A DNA stretch of 64,000 bases, taken from the IMG/VR virus record IMGVR_UViG_3300029288_000081, positions 64,001-128,000 of that record. The stretch is one strand, 5' to 3'. This document shows positions 18,802 to 27,711 of this stretch, one piece after another. The stretch comes from a virus. Taxonomy: Duplodnaviria > Caudoviricetes. Made by a program: the position numbers and the translations under genes. A model generated the notes under the pieces. That model searched no databases, had not been told where the DNA came from, and was given only the letters and a program-made list of their open reading frames with translations. Numbering within the stretch: position 1 is the first letter of the stretch; every line of letters begins with the position of its first letter.

Positions 18802-20678
18802 GGGCCGAGCCTCCGCGGACGCACGCTCTTGCCCTGGCACGCCACGCACTGGACGTCCTTGCTGTCGTACTTGATCGTCCTGCCGAACACCGTCTTGGCG
18901 ATCGCATCGGCACGTCGTTCGACGCCCGCCGGCAGGCGCTGCCCGAGCATCTTCCCGAGATTGTTGCCGTAGCGGTAGTCGAGCGCGTGCCCGAACTCGT
19001 GTGCCATCAGGCCGCGGATGTTCGCGACCGGCAGGTCCTCGGTCTTCGCGGCGAAGGCGACGCGGATGGGGCTACCGTCCATGCAGTAGCCGAACTGCCG
19101 CTCGGAGCCGTGGCCGTTGTCGCCGCCGGCCTTCTCGTCGTGGTGCAGTTCCAGGTCGCCGAAGTCGGGGAACTGCTCGACGAGCGCGTCGAAGCACTCG
19201 TCGAAGGCGGCGCGGACCTTGATCATGGAGTGGCCGTTCGGCGCCAGCCCTGCTTTCGCTCTCGCCTCCATCTTCGTCAGCCGCGTGTAGTAGTCGGGGA
19301 ACTCGCGCAGGTGGTCCATGGCGATCTTGCCGGCCTCGCGCATGTCGCCCGTGTGCTCCTGCTCGACCTCGATTCCCATGCGCAGCTCGTCCATGTCGAC
19401 CGTCGGAGATCCGAGGTCACGCCAGACGGTGAGCGTCTGCCGTTCGGTGGGCTTCATAGCGCTCTCCTGAGTGTGCAGCGTCGGAACGCGACCGTTTGGA
19501 GTCCACAGCTCTCCCGACGCACCCGTTGAACCGAGGACAGGCTCTGGCAAAGTCTTGCCGTCGATAGCGATCACTTCAACCGGCGAGTGGGCGAGCATCG
19601 ACACTTCTGACTGGTCGGTCCCGTAGTACATGAACGACGTGAATCCAAACTCCCAGTCCACGTCTTCCGGTTGCACGACAGCCGTCAGAACGACCTCGCG
19701 CTCGTCCTCGCCAACCGTCTTGTTGTAGACGCCAGCGCCACGCCGGTCGTACGACCAGGACTTCCCCAGCTTATCGAAGCGGATCTTCTCGTGAGACGGC
19801 ACGGACACGGCTCGGTGGACCTCGATGCTACCGTTGCGCCATGCCTTCTGAGCAAAGCCAGCATACTCGGAGGCCCTATCTTCCAGGGTCTCCCTGTCGT
19901 CGTCCCAGTCCAAATCGTTCACGTATCGCTTCGCCCACCCGACAGCGGCTGATTCGCTGCTCAGGAACGCGGGGAACTTCGCGCGCTTTGCGACGCGTCC
20001 CGAGTTCGACGCCATCGTGATCGGCTTCATGACGAACGCGTCTCGGAGGCTACCGTGCCCGAAGTCGATGATGACCGGCCGCTTGCCGGACGCGTACCCA
20101 AGGTTGCCGTGGTGCAGGTCGACGACCTCGACCCCGCGCCACGAGAGCCACTTCACGCCATCGCGGATCTGACGAACGAAGGCTACAGACTCCTCGCTGG
20201 GGAGAAGGGCTTCCTCGCTCGGGTGAAGTACCGCCTCCTGAAGCAGGCGAGCGCGAGGGCCAGCCAGCGTCCTGCTCAGGTTCGTCTTGTTGGCGGTGGT
20301 GACCGGCTCCATCACGATGGCGAACAGGGGGCGTGACCTGTGGACGTCCGTCTCGTCTTCGTAGACGTCCCCGGGCAGACGGTGCACCGAGCGGACGTAC
20401 GGCAAGCCGGTGGGTGCGGTCCCCGTCTTCTTGACGTAGTCGAAGATCATCTTGCAGACGCGCGCGTCCTCTTCGTCGTCGGTGACCTTGAGCACGTCTC
20501 CGCTCGGCAACGCGAAGGCGTGGGCGTAGTGTCCCAGGCCGAGCTGCTTCAGCGGCAGCGTCCGCCCGTCTTCGCTGTGTAGGCCGAGGCTCGCGAGGAA
20601 GTTCGGGGCGCGCAGCAGCGTCGCCTCGATGTCTTCGATGGTCGCACGGTTGGCGGTGAGGCTGACGATCTTGGGCAC
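18798..20678 (-). CDS. polyvalent protein: kinase-like + ADP-ribosyltransferase-like + DUF5661-like + zincin peptidase domains
   Basis: Kinase: LGLGHYAHAF, VLKVT, DLHHGNLG, IIDFG. ART-like: VHRAV, KSWS, QSEV. DUF5661-like: ELRMGIEVEQEHT...AMDHLREFPDYYTRL. Zincin: AHEFGHALD...ERRADA. Confidence 0.75.
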   Translation of the reverse strand: MPKIVSLTANRATIEDIEATLLRAPNFLASLGLHSEDGRTLPLKQLGLGHYAHAFALPSGDVLKVTDDEEDARVCKMIFDYVKKTGTAPTGLPYVRSVHRLPGDVYEDETDVHRSRPLFAIVMEPVTTANKTNLSRTLAGPRARLLQEAVLHPSEEALLPSEESVAFVRQIRDGVKWLSWRGVEVVDLHHGNLGYASGKRPVIIDFGHGSLRDAFVMKPITMASNSGRVAKRAKFPAFLSSESAAVGWAKRYVNDLDWDDDRETLEDRASEYAGFAQKAWRNGSIEVHRAVSVPSHEKIRFDKLGKSWSYDRRGAGVYNKTVGEDEREVVLTAVVQPEDVDWEFGFTSFMYYGTDQSEVSMLAHSPVEVIAIDGKTLPEPVLGSTGASGELWTPNGRVPTLHTQESAMKPTERQTLTVWRDLGSPTVDMDELRMGIEVEQEHTGDMREAGKIAMDHLREFPDYYTRLTKMEARAKAGLAPNGHSMIKVRAAFDECFDALVEQFPDFGDLELHHDEKAGGDNGHGSERQFGYCMDGSPIRVAFAAKTEDLPVANIRGLMAHEFGHALDYRYGNNLGKMLGQRLPAGVERRADAIAKTVFGRTIKYDSKDVQCVACQGKSVRPRRLGP

Positions 20679-20702
20679 CGCGCCATGGTAGCTCGACGGG
20701 CG

Positions 20703-21107
20703 TCAGTCTCGCCAGATGTCCTCTGTGTCGCCCGCGGCGACGATGGGCTTCCAGCACACGAAGATCATGCCCTTGTGGAACTGTAGGCCGAGCACCGTTG
20801 CCCCACCGCACGTCTCACAAGACAGCCCGATCTCCAACTGCGCTCCGCGAAGACCCACAACGCTGTCGGGCTGCTGCGCGAACGGAAACGTGCCATCGCG
20901 GACGCGTTCCGCGAGCTTACCCGTCTCCGCGTCGAGCGTCCTGACGCCACTCAAGTGAAGGCCGGACGTCGAGGCGCACGAGGGGCAACACAGCGCAGCG
21001 TCGGACATGCCGTCGTCGTTCGTGACCGTGCCCACCGAGCGCCACGGCTCTGAATCGCTGAGTCGTTCGATCGCTTCTCGTCGCCTCTTCTCATCGCCCA
21101 CGGTCAT
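20703..21107 (-). CDS. Zn-ribbon hypothetical protein
   Basis: CPSC...LH...CETC...QFHKG. Confidence 0.6.
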   Translation of the reverse strand: MTVGDEKRRREAIERLSDSEPWRSVGTVTNDDGMSDAALCCPSCASTSGLHLSGVRTLDAETGKLAERVRDGTFPFAQQPDSVVGLRGAQLEIGLSCETCGGATVLGLQFHKGMIFVCWKPIVAAGDTEDIWRD

Positions 21108-21110
21108 CGT

Positions 21111-21380
21111 TCAGTTCTCCTTCATCCCGCGGAACCTCTCCACGAGCGCCTCGTACTCTGCGATTCCATCCCGCATCTCCATAGCGTCCGCGATGGCGTG
21201 CTCCAGCTTCCGCTTGAGGTCCACGCGTCCGCCGCCGACAGCGATGATTTCCATGTTAGCCGCTACGAACAGCAGCGCTGCGACCTGAGTCTCCGGAGGT
21301 ATGAGTTCCTTCGACATCTGCGCGAGCGCTGCATGGATCAGGCGCTGTGCGTTCTGGCTGTTGTCGTCGTCGTCCATCAC
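21111..21380 (-). CDS. hypothetical protein
   Basis: Coupled operon gene. Confidence 0.55.
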   Translation of the reverse strand: MMDDDDNSQNAQRLIHAALAQMSKELIPPETQVAALLFVAANMEIIAVGGGRVDLKRKLEHAIADAMEMRDGIAEYEALVERFRGMKEN

Positions 21381-21841
21381 GTCCCCGCTTTCGTGGCTTC
21401 ATTCTCTCGGAGCGTGGCCAGTGCGCGATCTCCTGCTGCGAGAGCGGGCCCCGCAGACGTGCGAGCCGCCTCCATCGCGTCGAGCGCGCCCGCCACGAAG
21501 TGCTCCGACCTCTTCAGGAACTCCGCACGCACCATCAGCGTCGTCTCGCGAAGTGGGGTGACCGTGGCCACGACGGCCGCTTTCGACTGCGAGGTCATCG
21601 CCATCACCACGTCGATCAGCATTCCCGTCGGAGTCTGCAACTCGTGAAAGAAGAGTCCCCAGGTTCCGCGCCGACGTTCCAGAACGATGTATGCGACCGA
21701 GACGCTGGCACTCCGAGGCGGCATCGACATCGAGAACTCGACCGGGTCTTGGCGAGCACGCTCTGCAAGAGCTGCTTCGATTGCCGCGACTCGATCGGCT
21801 ACCTGCTGAGCAACCGTGACCAGATGAACTTCTTCCGACAT
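21377..21841 (-). CDS. hypothetical protein
   Basis: TGATG coupling. Confidence 0.55.
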   Translation of the reverse strand: MSEEVHLVTVAQQVADRVAAIEAALAERARQDPVEFSMSMPPRSASVSVAYIVLERRRGTWGLFFHELQTPTGMLIDVVMAMTSQSKAAVVATVTPLRETTLMVRAEFLKRSEHFVAGALDAMEAARTSAGPALAAGDRALATLRENEATKAGT

Positions 21842-23106
21842 CAGCGCCTCGCTCGACAGAGAACACAGATCGACCGCAGCTCGTTGTGGGGACACGAGGG
21901 TGGGCGCGGCGGGGTGACGAGCTTCACGTTGGGGTCCGCCCAGTGCAGCCGCTTCGACGGGTCGCCCGGAAGCGGACCGGTCATGAACATGCCGTCGAGC
22001 TTCGGCTCGGCGATTGCTGCCAGGTAGCCCTCGGTCTGCGTGTGGGCGAACGACGCTTCGAGCTGCTCGACGACACCGGGGCCGGTCAGAGCGGGCAGAG
22101 GTGCGTCAGAGACCTCGACCTTGAACATCTGCCTCGGTCCCTCCTGGTGCGGGACCCCGAGAGCGTCGAGCGTTTCGAGGATGCCCTCGCCGACCGGGAT
22201 CGGCTTCGTTCCGAGCTGACCAGCATGGTCAGCGAAGACGTCCCAGGCCTTCTCGCGCACCTCGGCCGGAGCGTTCGGGTCGAACACGTCCTCGGGGTCG
22301 AGGACGGGCTCTTCGCCCTGCTCGCGCAGGGCCTGCGCGGCCTCGGCGGCGCCGCTGGGCAGGTCTCGCTCTGCGATGCCTCCGGACTCGGCCATCGAGC
22401 GTCTGTCTTCGTCGGTGGGCGGCGAGATGGCAGCAGTCTTCTTCGCACGCGTCTTCTTCGGCGGCGGCTCGGGCTCCGTCGGAGACTCGGGGGCGGTCTG
22501 CGAGATCTCCATGGCGGACGCGACCACCGCGGCATCGTTGCCCCAGCTCGTCCACTCGGGACGCAGGGACCTCGCGAAGAACTCGACGTACGGACCCTGG
22601 GAGCGAGACTCGATCATGTCGTAAAAGACCTTCGGCTTCGCCGAGTGCTTCCGCTTGCCGTTCTCCATCTCGTGCTCGGCCTCGATGGAATCGCCATCGG
22701 GGAAGTAACTGTCGCCGTCCGCCTCGTCCGTGTCGAGCGCGCTCTCGATGTCGTTGGGAGCCGTCCTCACCGCCCAGCCACGACCGATCGTGCCGAACAG
22801 GAGCAGCTCGTGCTTGCCGCGGAAGTACCGGCCGATTCCCGGACGCTTCTTCGTCCACGCGACGTTCGTGATGTACCGAACGCCCAGCTCGTTCAGAAGC
22901 CATAGGCCGTCGGGCAAGAAGTTGTTCGTCACCCAGCAGTACACGTGCGCGTTCTCGCCCGGCGTCCACAGTCCCGATGCGCGAATCACACCGGGCATGG
23001 CCGTCGTCTTCAGCAGGTCATAGTGCCTCTGCGCGCCCCGCTTGATCTTGCCTGCGCCGCGCTCTTCCCACGGAGGGTCAAGTAGAGATGTCTTCCAGAT
23101 GATCAT
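21841..23106 (-). CDS. MT-A70 family N6-adenine methyltransferase with low-complexity C-terminal extension
   Basis: DPPW, RHY, WVTN, WTK, G.GRYFRGKHELLLFG, HSAKP, EFFAR, WGN. Confidence 0.9.
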   Translation of the reverse strand: MIIWKTSLLDPPWEERGAGKIKRGAQRHYDLLKTTAMPGVIRASGLWTPGENAHVYCWVTNNFLPDGLWLLNELGVRYITNVAWTKKRPGIGRYFRGKHELLLFGTIGRGWAVRTAPNDIESALDTDEADGDSYFPDGDSIEAEHEMENGKRKHSAKPKVFYDMIESRSQGPYVEFFARSLRPEWTSWGNDAAVVASAMEISQTAPESPTEPEPPPKKTRAKKTAAISPPTDEDRRSMAESGGIAERDLPSGAAEAAQALREQGEEPVLDPEDVFDPNAPAEVREKAWDVFADHAGQLGTKPIPVGEGILETLDALGVPHQEGPRQMFKVEVSDAPLPALTGPGVVEQLEASFAHTQTEGYLAAIAEPKLDGMFMTGPLPGDPSKRLHWADPNVKLVTPPRPPSCPHNELRSICVLCRARR

Positions 23107-23582
23107 CGGATCCCCTTGTACGTGCGACCGGTGCGAACCTGGCTCACGGCGCCTGGTGTCACACCAAGCGACGCGGCAATCCTTGACGCCGTCTCACCTG
23201 CCGCCAGCCGGCGACGCACGGCTCTCAGGTGCTCACGCAGAAGACTCGTGTGCTTCTTGCGTCCACCTGCCATCCGCCCCTTGTTGAGAGCGTCGCGGAT
23301 GTTCTGCTTGCGCGTTCCAACAAACAGGTGACGCAAGTTCAAGCACCTCCGGACGTCGCACCTGTGACAGACGTCGAGGTGAGAAGGCACGGCCCCGTGC
23401 TTCAGTTCGTACGCGACACGATGCGCCTGCTTCATACGCTTTCGGCCATCGACCCAGACCATGATCACGCCGTAGCCCTTGTTGGTCGCAGCGCACCACA
23501 GGTGGCACCCGTGCGGGCCGGCGGCGCGATCCACCTTCGCCTCAAGACGATCTCGCAGGTCGCGGCGCGTGCCGTTATTCAC
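23103..23582 (-). CDS. HNH homing endonuclease with C-terminal HTH
   Basis: CHLW..GYG..AHRVAY..VCHRCDVRRCLNLRHLFVGTRKQNIRD; IAASLGVTPGAVSQV. Confidence 0.88.
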   Translation of the reverse strand: MNNGTRRDLRDRLEAKVDRAAGPHGCHLWCAATNKGYGVIMVWVDGRKRMKQAHRVAYELKHGAVPSHLDVCHRCDVRRCLNLRHLFVGTRKQNIRDALNKGRMAGGRKKHTSLLREHLRAVRRRLAAGETASRIAASLGVTPGAVSQVRTGRTYKGIR

Positions 23583-23988
23583 GGCCGCTCTCCTGACCCG
23601 CGCAGGACTCGGCGCAGCGGTTCACGCACGTGAGCATAGACGCAGGCGAGGGCCTGGACCTCGCCGCCAAGGCTGCGGTTGTCGTGTGGTAGGTCATGAT
23701 GTTCCAGACCACCCAGCCCAGCAGCGTCGCGCCGCTCATGACGAGCATCACCCACATCTTCTGATCTCCACTCATCGCGTTCTTCCTTCTCTCCTCATCC
23801 AAGTCCGGCCCTCCGAGGCGGCGCATCGCTTCTGCTCGCCGCTGACTCACGCGAGCCGCGAGAAGTGCGACCAGTGTGTGGTAGGCCGCGACAACAAGCG
23901 CAAGCAGCGCGAGCGGTGCGAGCGTGAGTGCCATGTTGCCGAACGGGGTGGTGCGCAGATCGGCGATCAGTGCGCTCAGCGCGTCCAT
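23575..23988 (-). CDS. two-TM membrane protein
   Basis: Two hydrophobic helices; RBS GGA. Confidence 0.5.
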   Translation of the reverse strand: MDALSALIADLRTTPFGNMALTLAPLALLALVVAAYHTLVALLAARVSQRRAEAMRRLGGPDLDEERRKNAMSGDQKMWVMLVMSGATLLGWVVWNIMTYHTTTAALAARSRPSPASMLTCVNRCAESCAGQESGRE

Positions 23989-23993
23989 CTGAC

Positions 23994-24152
23994 TCAGCGT
24001 TCCTGCTGCCAGCGCCACACGGTCGACGGCACACGGCCGATCTTCTTGGCGATCTCACGCATCGTCGCGCCCGCGCGGGTCATGACCTTGATGGTCTTCT
24101 TCTCCTTGTCGGAGAGCCGCGTCGCCTTCTTCTTGGTCTTCTTCTTCGCCAT
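23994..24152 (-). CDS. small HTH DNA-binding protein
   Basis: RLSDKEKKTI...GATMREIAKKIGRVPSTVWRW; RBS AGGAGG. Confidence 0.8.
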   Translation of the reverse strand: MAKKKTKKKATRLSDKEKKTIKVMTRAGATMREIAKKIGRVPSTVWRWQQER

Positions 24153-24160
24153 GGGTCCTC

Positions 24161-24493
24161 CTAGAACCTCCGCAGCCACTCGTTCGTCAGGTTTCGTACC
24201 CGCGCCTCCGTCTTGCCCAACCGGGCAAGCGAGCCATGCCCGTGCTTCCGTTCGAGCATCCGGAGGATGTTGCGCAGGTGCGATGTCTCCAGCTCGCGGA
24301 TGAGCAGGACTTCGCCTTCCTTCGTCTGCCACAGGTGCGGGTCCAGCCCGTTCTCGGTGTCGAACGGATCCCAGTCGAGGTCGTTACCGCTGTCGTCCCC
24401 GAACCCCAGCGGCGGCCCCCACTCACCGAGGAGCGGGTACCACGCCTGACCGGCAGGCATCGGGCCGTCGGGGACTGGGATAATCTTGCTCAC
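24161..24493 (-). CDS. phage hypothetical protein
   Basis: WQTKEG..LLIRELETSHLRNILRML motif. Confidence 0.6.
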   Translation of the reverse strand: MSKIIPVPDGPMPAGQAWYPLLGEWGPPLGFGDDSGNDLDWDPFDTENGLDPHLWQTKEGEVLLIRELETSHLRNILRMLERKHGHGSLARLGKTEARVRNLTNEWLRRF

Positions 24494-24765
24494 CGCTCCA
24501 CGCGCCCCGTTGCCTCGCGCATCGCGTCGAGCATCGCGCGCTTCTCCTCTTCGATCTTCTTGAGGTCGATCCCGTAGTAGCTGGCGAGCAGGTCCTCGGT
24601 GCTCTTGCGGACGCGGACGTACTCGCCGTCGCGACCGGACTCAGGGTTGACGTAGCGCTCGCAGAGCGCGATGCCCTGCGCGCCCAGCCACTCCAGGAAG
24701 AAGGCGATCGTGTGCGAGCTGGACGAGACGAGCTTCAGCTTCTCGTGCTCTGGGTACTCATTCAC
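24490..24765 (-). CDS. phage hypothetical protein
   Basis: GGAGG RBS; YPEHEKL..FLEWL..LLASYYGID..E.EKRAML. Confidence 0.65.
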   Translation of the reverse strand: MNEYPEHEKLKLVSSSSHTIAFFLEWLGAQGIALCERYVNPESGRDGEYVRVRKSTEDLLASYYGIDLKKIEEEKRAMLDAMREATGRVER

Positions 24766-25009
24766 CGGACACCTCCGCCCCGCCCGAAGCCGGCCCCGGG
24801 GGCGCGGTGGTCGCGGGCACGTGGACCTCAACGATGGGCAGATCGTAGAGCACGGCGACGGCGAGCAGGACGCGCGTCGTCTCGTCCGCGTCGAGAGGCC
24901 TGAGCGCCAGGAGGACGTCCCGGAGAGCGTCCTCGATCTTTTCGACCCTGACCCACTCGTCCCTCTCGGCCTTCTCATCGGCTTCGTTCGGATTGGTTGT
25001 CACGATCAC
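24758..25009 (-). CDS. hypothetical protein flanked by 19-bp direct repeats
   Basis: GGAGG RBS, GTG start. Confidence 0.55.
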   Translation of the reverse strand: MIVTTNPNEADEKAERDEWVRVEKIEDALRDVLLALRPLDADETTRVLLAVAVLYDLPIVEVHVPATTAPPGPASGGAEVSGE

Positions 25010-25024
25010 CGGACACCTCCGCCC
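24762..25024. repeat. 19-bp direct repeat pair TCACCGGACACCTCCGCCC (24762-24780, 25006-25024)
   Basis: Exact copies seen in the sequence; each spans RBS + GTG. Confidence 0.9.
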
Positions 25025-25386
25025 GGCTTGAAGCCGTTGGGGTACCGACGGGCGACCTTGTCCCGGTTGTGCTCGGCGATCTCGGCGAGGTTGCTGTCGA
25101 TCGCCTCCGCGAGGCACTGGAGATAGAAGAGCGTGTCACCGGCCTCCTCGATCATCTTGGCGCGATCGAGCGGCTTGCCGTGGAAGAGGTGCTTCTTGAT
25201 GAGGTCGATCAGCTCCCCGCCCTCACCAGCGAGTCCGAGCGCACCGAGCGTCAGCAGCTCCCTACGCTGCTCGTCGGTGAACGGCGGCAGAGTCAGACCG
25301 ACCCGCTTCGTGCTCGGCGGAAGGTTTCGCCGAACAGCCTCGGCGTAGTCTTCGATGTGGAAGTCCTTCTGGCAGCCGTACCCCAT
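25006..25386 (-). CDS. MazG-like nucleotide pyrophosphohydrolase
   Basis: GLAGEGGELIDLIKKHLFHG...EEAGDTLFYL...N..KV..RYP. Confidence 0.88.
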   Translation of the reverse strand: MGYGCQKDFHIEDYAEAVRRNLPPSTKRVGLTLPPFTDEQRRELLTLGALGLAGEGGELIDLIKKHLFHGKPLDRAKMIEEAGDTLFYLQCLAEAIDSNLAEIAEHNRDKVARRYPNGFKPGGGVR

Positions 25387-25434
25387 GCGTCGCTCCTTCT
25401 GCTATCCTCTGAACCTGTCTGACACCGCACTGTA

Positions 25435-26478
25435 GTGGTGCGTCGAAAGAAAGCAAGCGATAAGTCGGTGCGACGCGGTGAACGCAAAGTGACCACTGTT
25501 TCACCGCAGGCGCTGTGGTACCGGCAGCGTGTGAACGATCCTGGTTTTCGGGAGACCAGAAACGCTGCCGCACGCTCTGCGCGAGCGAGCACGGCGCCCG
25601 AAGAGCGTAGGGCGAACGGGATCAAGAAAAACGCGGCTCAACGCGCCGCGTACGCCGCACTGTCGCCAGGTGAACGAAGCGCTCGTGCCCAGAGATCGAC
25701 GGAGGCGAGCAGGCTTCGTCTGGCCGCGTTGACGCCGGCCGAGCAAGAGAAGCGCAGGCTCAAGAAGAACGCGGACCAGAACGCGAGGCGTGCCGCGCTG
25801 CCGCTGGATGAGCGAAGGGCTATCGCCAAGAGGCCGGAGGCGGTCCGGCTCAGAGTAAACGCGGCCCAGAACGCGAAGCGCGCCGTGATGTCACCGGCAG
25901 AGCGCAAGGCAAAAGACGCCGCGGGTCAGGCCGGGCGATCGAAGGCAAGCCTGATCAAGAAGAACGGGTACGAGCGCGAAAAATACAGGCGCCGCGTCGC
26001 CTTCGTGAACTCTCTGAAGAAAGACCCGTGCCTCGACTGCGGAAAGCGGTACGCGCCGTACGTCATGGACTTCGATCACCGCCCGGGAACCACGAAGGTG
26101 TCCGCCGTGGGGAATATGTTCGGGGTGAGCATCGAGCGTGTTCTCGAAGAGATCTCGAAGTGCGACCTCGTCTGCTCGAACTGTCACCGGGAGCGCACGC
26201 ACCTGCGCCGTGGCCCCAGCGCGACCTCGAAAAACGCACGTCAGCGCGCTTTGATCGCATCACACAAAAACGCACCGTGCGCTGACTGCTGTGTCACGTA
26301 TCCCCCGTACGTGATGGATCTTGACCATCGTCCAGGAGTCACGAAAGTGGCGGCAGTTGGAGCGCTACTGGGACGGTGCGCGCCGCCGAGCCGTATCTCA
26401 GAGGAGATTGCGAAGTGCGACGCGGTCTGCTCCAACTGTCACCGCGAACGCACTTACCAGCGAAGGAAGCAAACGTGA
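25435..26478 (+). CDS. protein with N-terminal basic helical repeats and two tandem HNH-like domains (start uncertain)
   Basis: Repeats NAAQRAAYAALSPGER/NADQNARRAALPLDER/NAAQNAKRAVMSPAER; twice PCxDC..Y.PYVMD.DHRPG.TKV..KCD.VCSNCHRERT. Confidence 0.8.
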   Translation: MVRRKKASDKSVRRGERKVTTVSPQALWYRQRVNDPGFRETRNAAARSARASTAPEERRANGIKKNAAQRAAYAALSPGERSARAQRSTEASRLRLAALTPAEQEKRRLKKNADQNARRAALPLDERRAIAKRPEAVRLRVNAAQNAKRAVMSPAERKAKDAAGQAGRSKASLIKKNGYEREKYRRRVAFVNSLKKDPCLDCGKRYAPYVMDFDHRPGTTKVSAVGNMFGVSIERVLEEISKCDLVCSNCHRERTHLRRGPSATSKNARQRALIASHKNAPCADCCVTYPPYVMDLDHRPGVTKVAAVGALLGRCAPPSRISEEIAKCDAVCSNCHRERTYQRRKQT

Positions 26479-26909
26479 AATCGCACAACTGGATCACCGA
26501 CAACATCGCTCAGGGTGGGGCGCTGGCTCTGCCATCGGCCTTCGAGGTCGCCGACATTCTGGTCCTCTGTGCAGAGGAATTGCAAAAGCCGAAGCTGGTC
26601 GTGCCGCCTGGCAAGACCGTCATCCGGCTCGGCTTCGACGACGATATCTACCGGCCGATCCCGCCCGAGGCCGGCAAGATCTTCCACGCTCACGCGCAGC
26701 AGCTCGGCAAGCTCGCTCTGTCCGGGCGCAAGATCATGATCACCTGCGCGATGGGTCTGAACCGCTCCGGGCTCATCACGGCCCTGACGCTCATGCACGG
26801 CTACCGGATGCGCCCATCAGAGGCCATCAAGCTCATCCGCGGTCGCCGCAGCAAGGACTGCCTCTGCAACCCGATGTTCGAGCAGTGGCTCCTGAGCCAC
26901 GAGCGATGA
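26475..26909 (+). CDS. dual-specificity (Cys-based) protein phosphatase
   Basis: CX5R motif TCAMGLNRSG; FDD acid loop; AIKLIR..R..N..F. Confidence 0.88.
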   Translation: MKSHNWITDNIAQGGALALPSAFEVADILVLCAEELQKPKLVVPPGKTVIRLGFDDDIYRPIPPEAGKIFHAHAQQLGKLALSGRKIMITCAMGLNRSGLITALTLMHGYRMRPSEAIKLIRGRRSKDCLCNPMFEQWLLSHER

Positions 26910-27310
26910 CGGTCGGCGAGCGGGGAGTCATCATCGAGTTCGACAAGCTGCCGAAGCAGCTTGGGCGGGTGGGGAGTGTCGAAGCGCTCTACGCGGCCTG
27001 GCGCAGGATGCAGTCGTCGGTGTGCTCGCATGCCCTGCTCAACGGCATGCCGAAGGTGATCTGGTACCTCGCCAAGCGCATCTACGAGGTCGAGCCGCAC
27101 ATGGCCGCCGAGGCCATCCGCCGCGGGGACTCAGCCGTGTTCGTGCTGGTGCTCGTGCGGCTGTCTCAGATCGACGCCGCCATGGTGGCCGCCGGTAAGT
27201 CGCTCGCCGACCGTTCGCCGGTCATCTACGCGAAGCACCTCGTCGAGGGCTTCCGCACCGTCGCCGACGAGTCGTTCGTCGCGCTGGGCGGCACGCCGCT
27301 GCCGCTCTAG
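26906..27310 (+). CDS. hypothetical protein
   Basis: ATGA overlap. Confidence 0.6.
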   Translation: MTVGERGVIIEFDKLPKQLGRVGSVEALYAAWRRMQSSVCSHALLNGMPKVIWYLAKRIYEVEPHMAAEAIRRGDSAVFVLVLVRLSQIDAAMVAAGKSLADRSPVIYAKHLVEGFRTVADESFVALGGTPLPL

Positions 27311-27711
27311 GAGCGGGCTCGCAGGCGGTCGATCTGCGCCAGGAGCGCTGCAATCGTGTGCCGTGGCCCCCTGGGCAGCCAAGCGCCGAGCATGTGGGCG
27401 CGTGCTTCCGCCTCGATGGTCGCGAGGTCCTCGTCCGTGTCGCAGGCTGTGATGGCGGAGATCTCCGCAGCCACGGACGCAGGCGGCACCTGCGACTGGA
27501 GCTGCGTCACGAGCGCCTTGCGGTCCGCATCGGAGAGGCTCGCCAGGAGCGTCGCGGTCGTCTGCTCCAGCGTCGGGCCACGCCTCGCGTCGTGGAACGC
27601 GTTGCGCTGCGCTCGGGTCACCAGGCCCGTGTCACGGCATGTGCCGCAGGGACCGGCGATGTTCCCGTTGTCGCACGCCGGGCATCCGTAGGTACGGCTG
27701 AGGTCGCTCAC
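27307..27711 (-). CDS. Zn-finger hypothetical protein
   Basis: CPAC.NG...CGTCRDTG. Confidence 0.55.
   Translation of the reverse strand: MSDLSRTYGCPACDNGNIAGPCGTCRDTGLVTRAQRNAFHDARRGPTLEQTTATLLASLSDADRKALVTQLQSQVPPASVAAEISAITACDTDEDLATIEAEARAHMLGAWLPRGPRHTIAALLAQIDRLRARS

Noticed and set aside
21841-23582. MT-A70 methyltransferase plus HNH as a restriction-modification pair
   Set aside because: The HNH has the HNH+HTH layout of free-standing phage homing endonucleases; orphan methyltransferases are common in phages.
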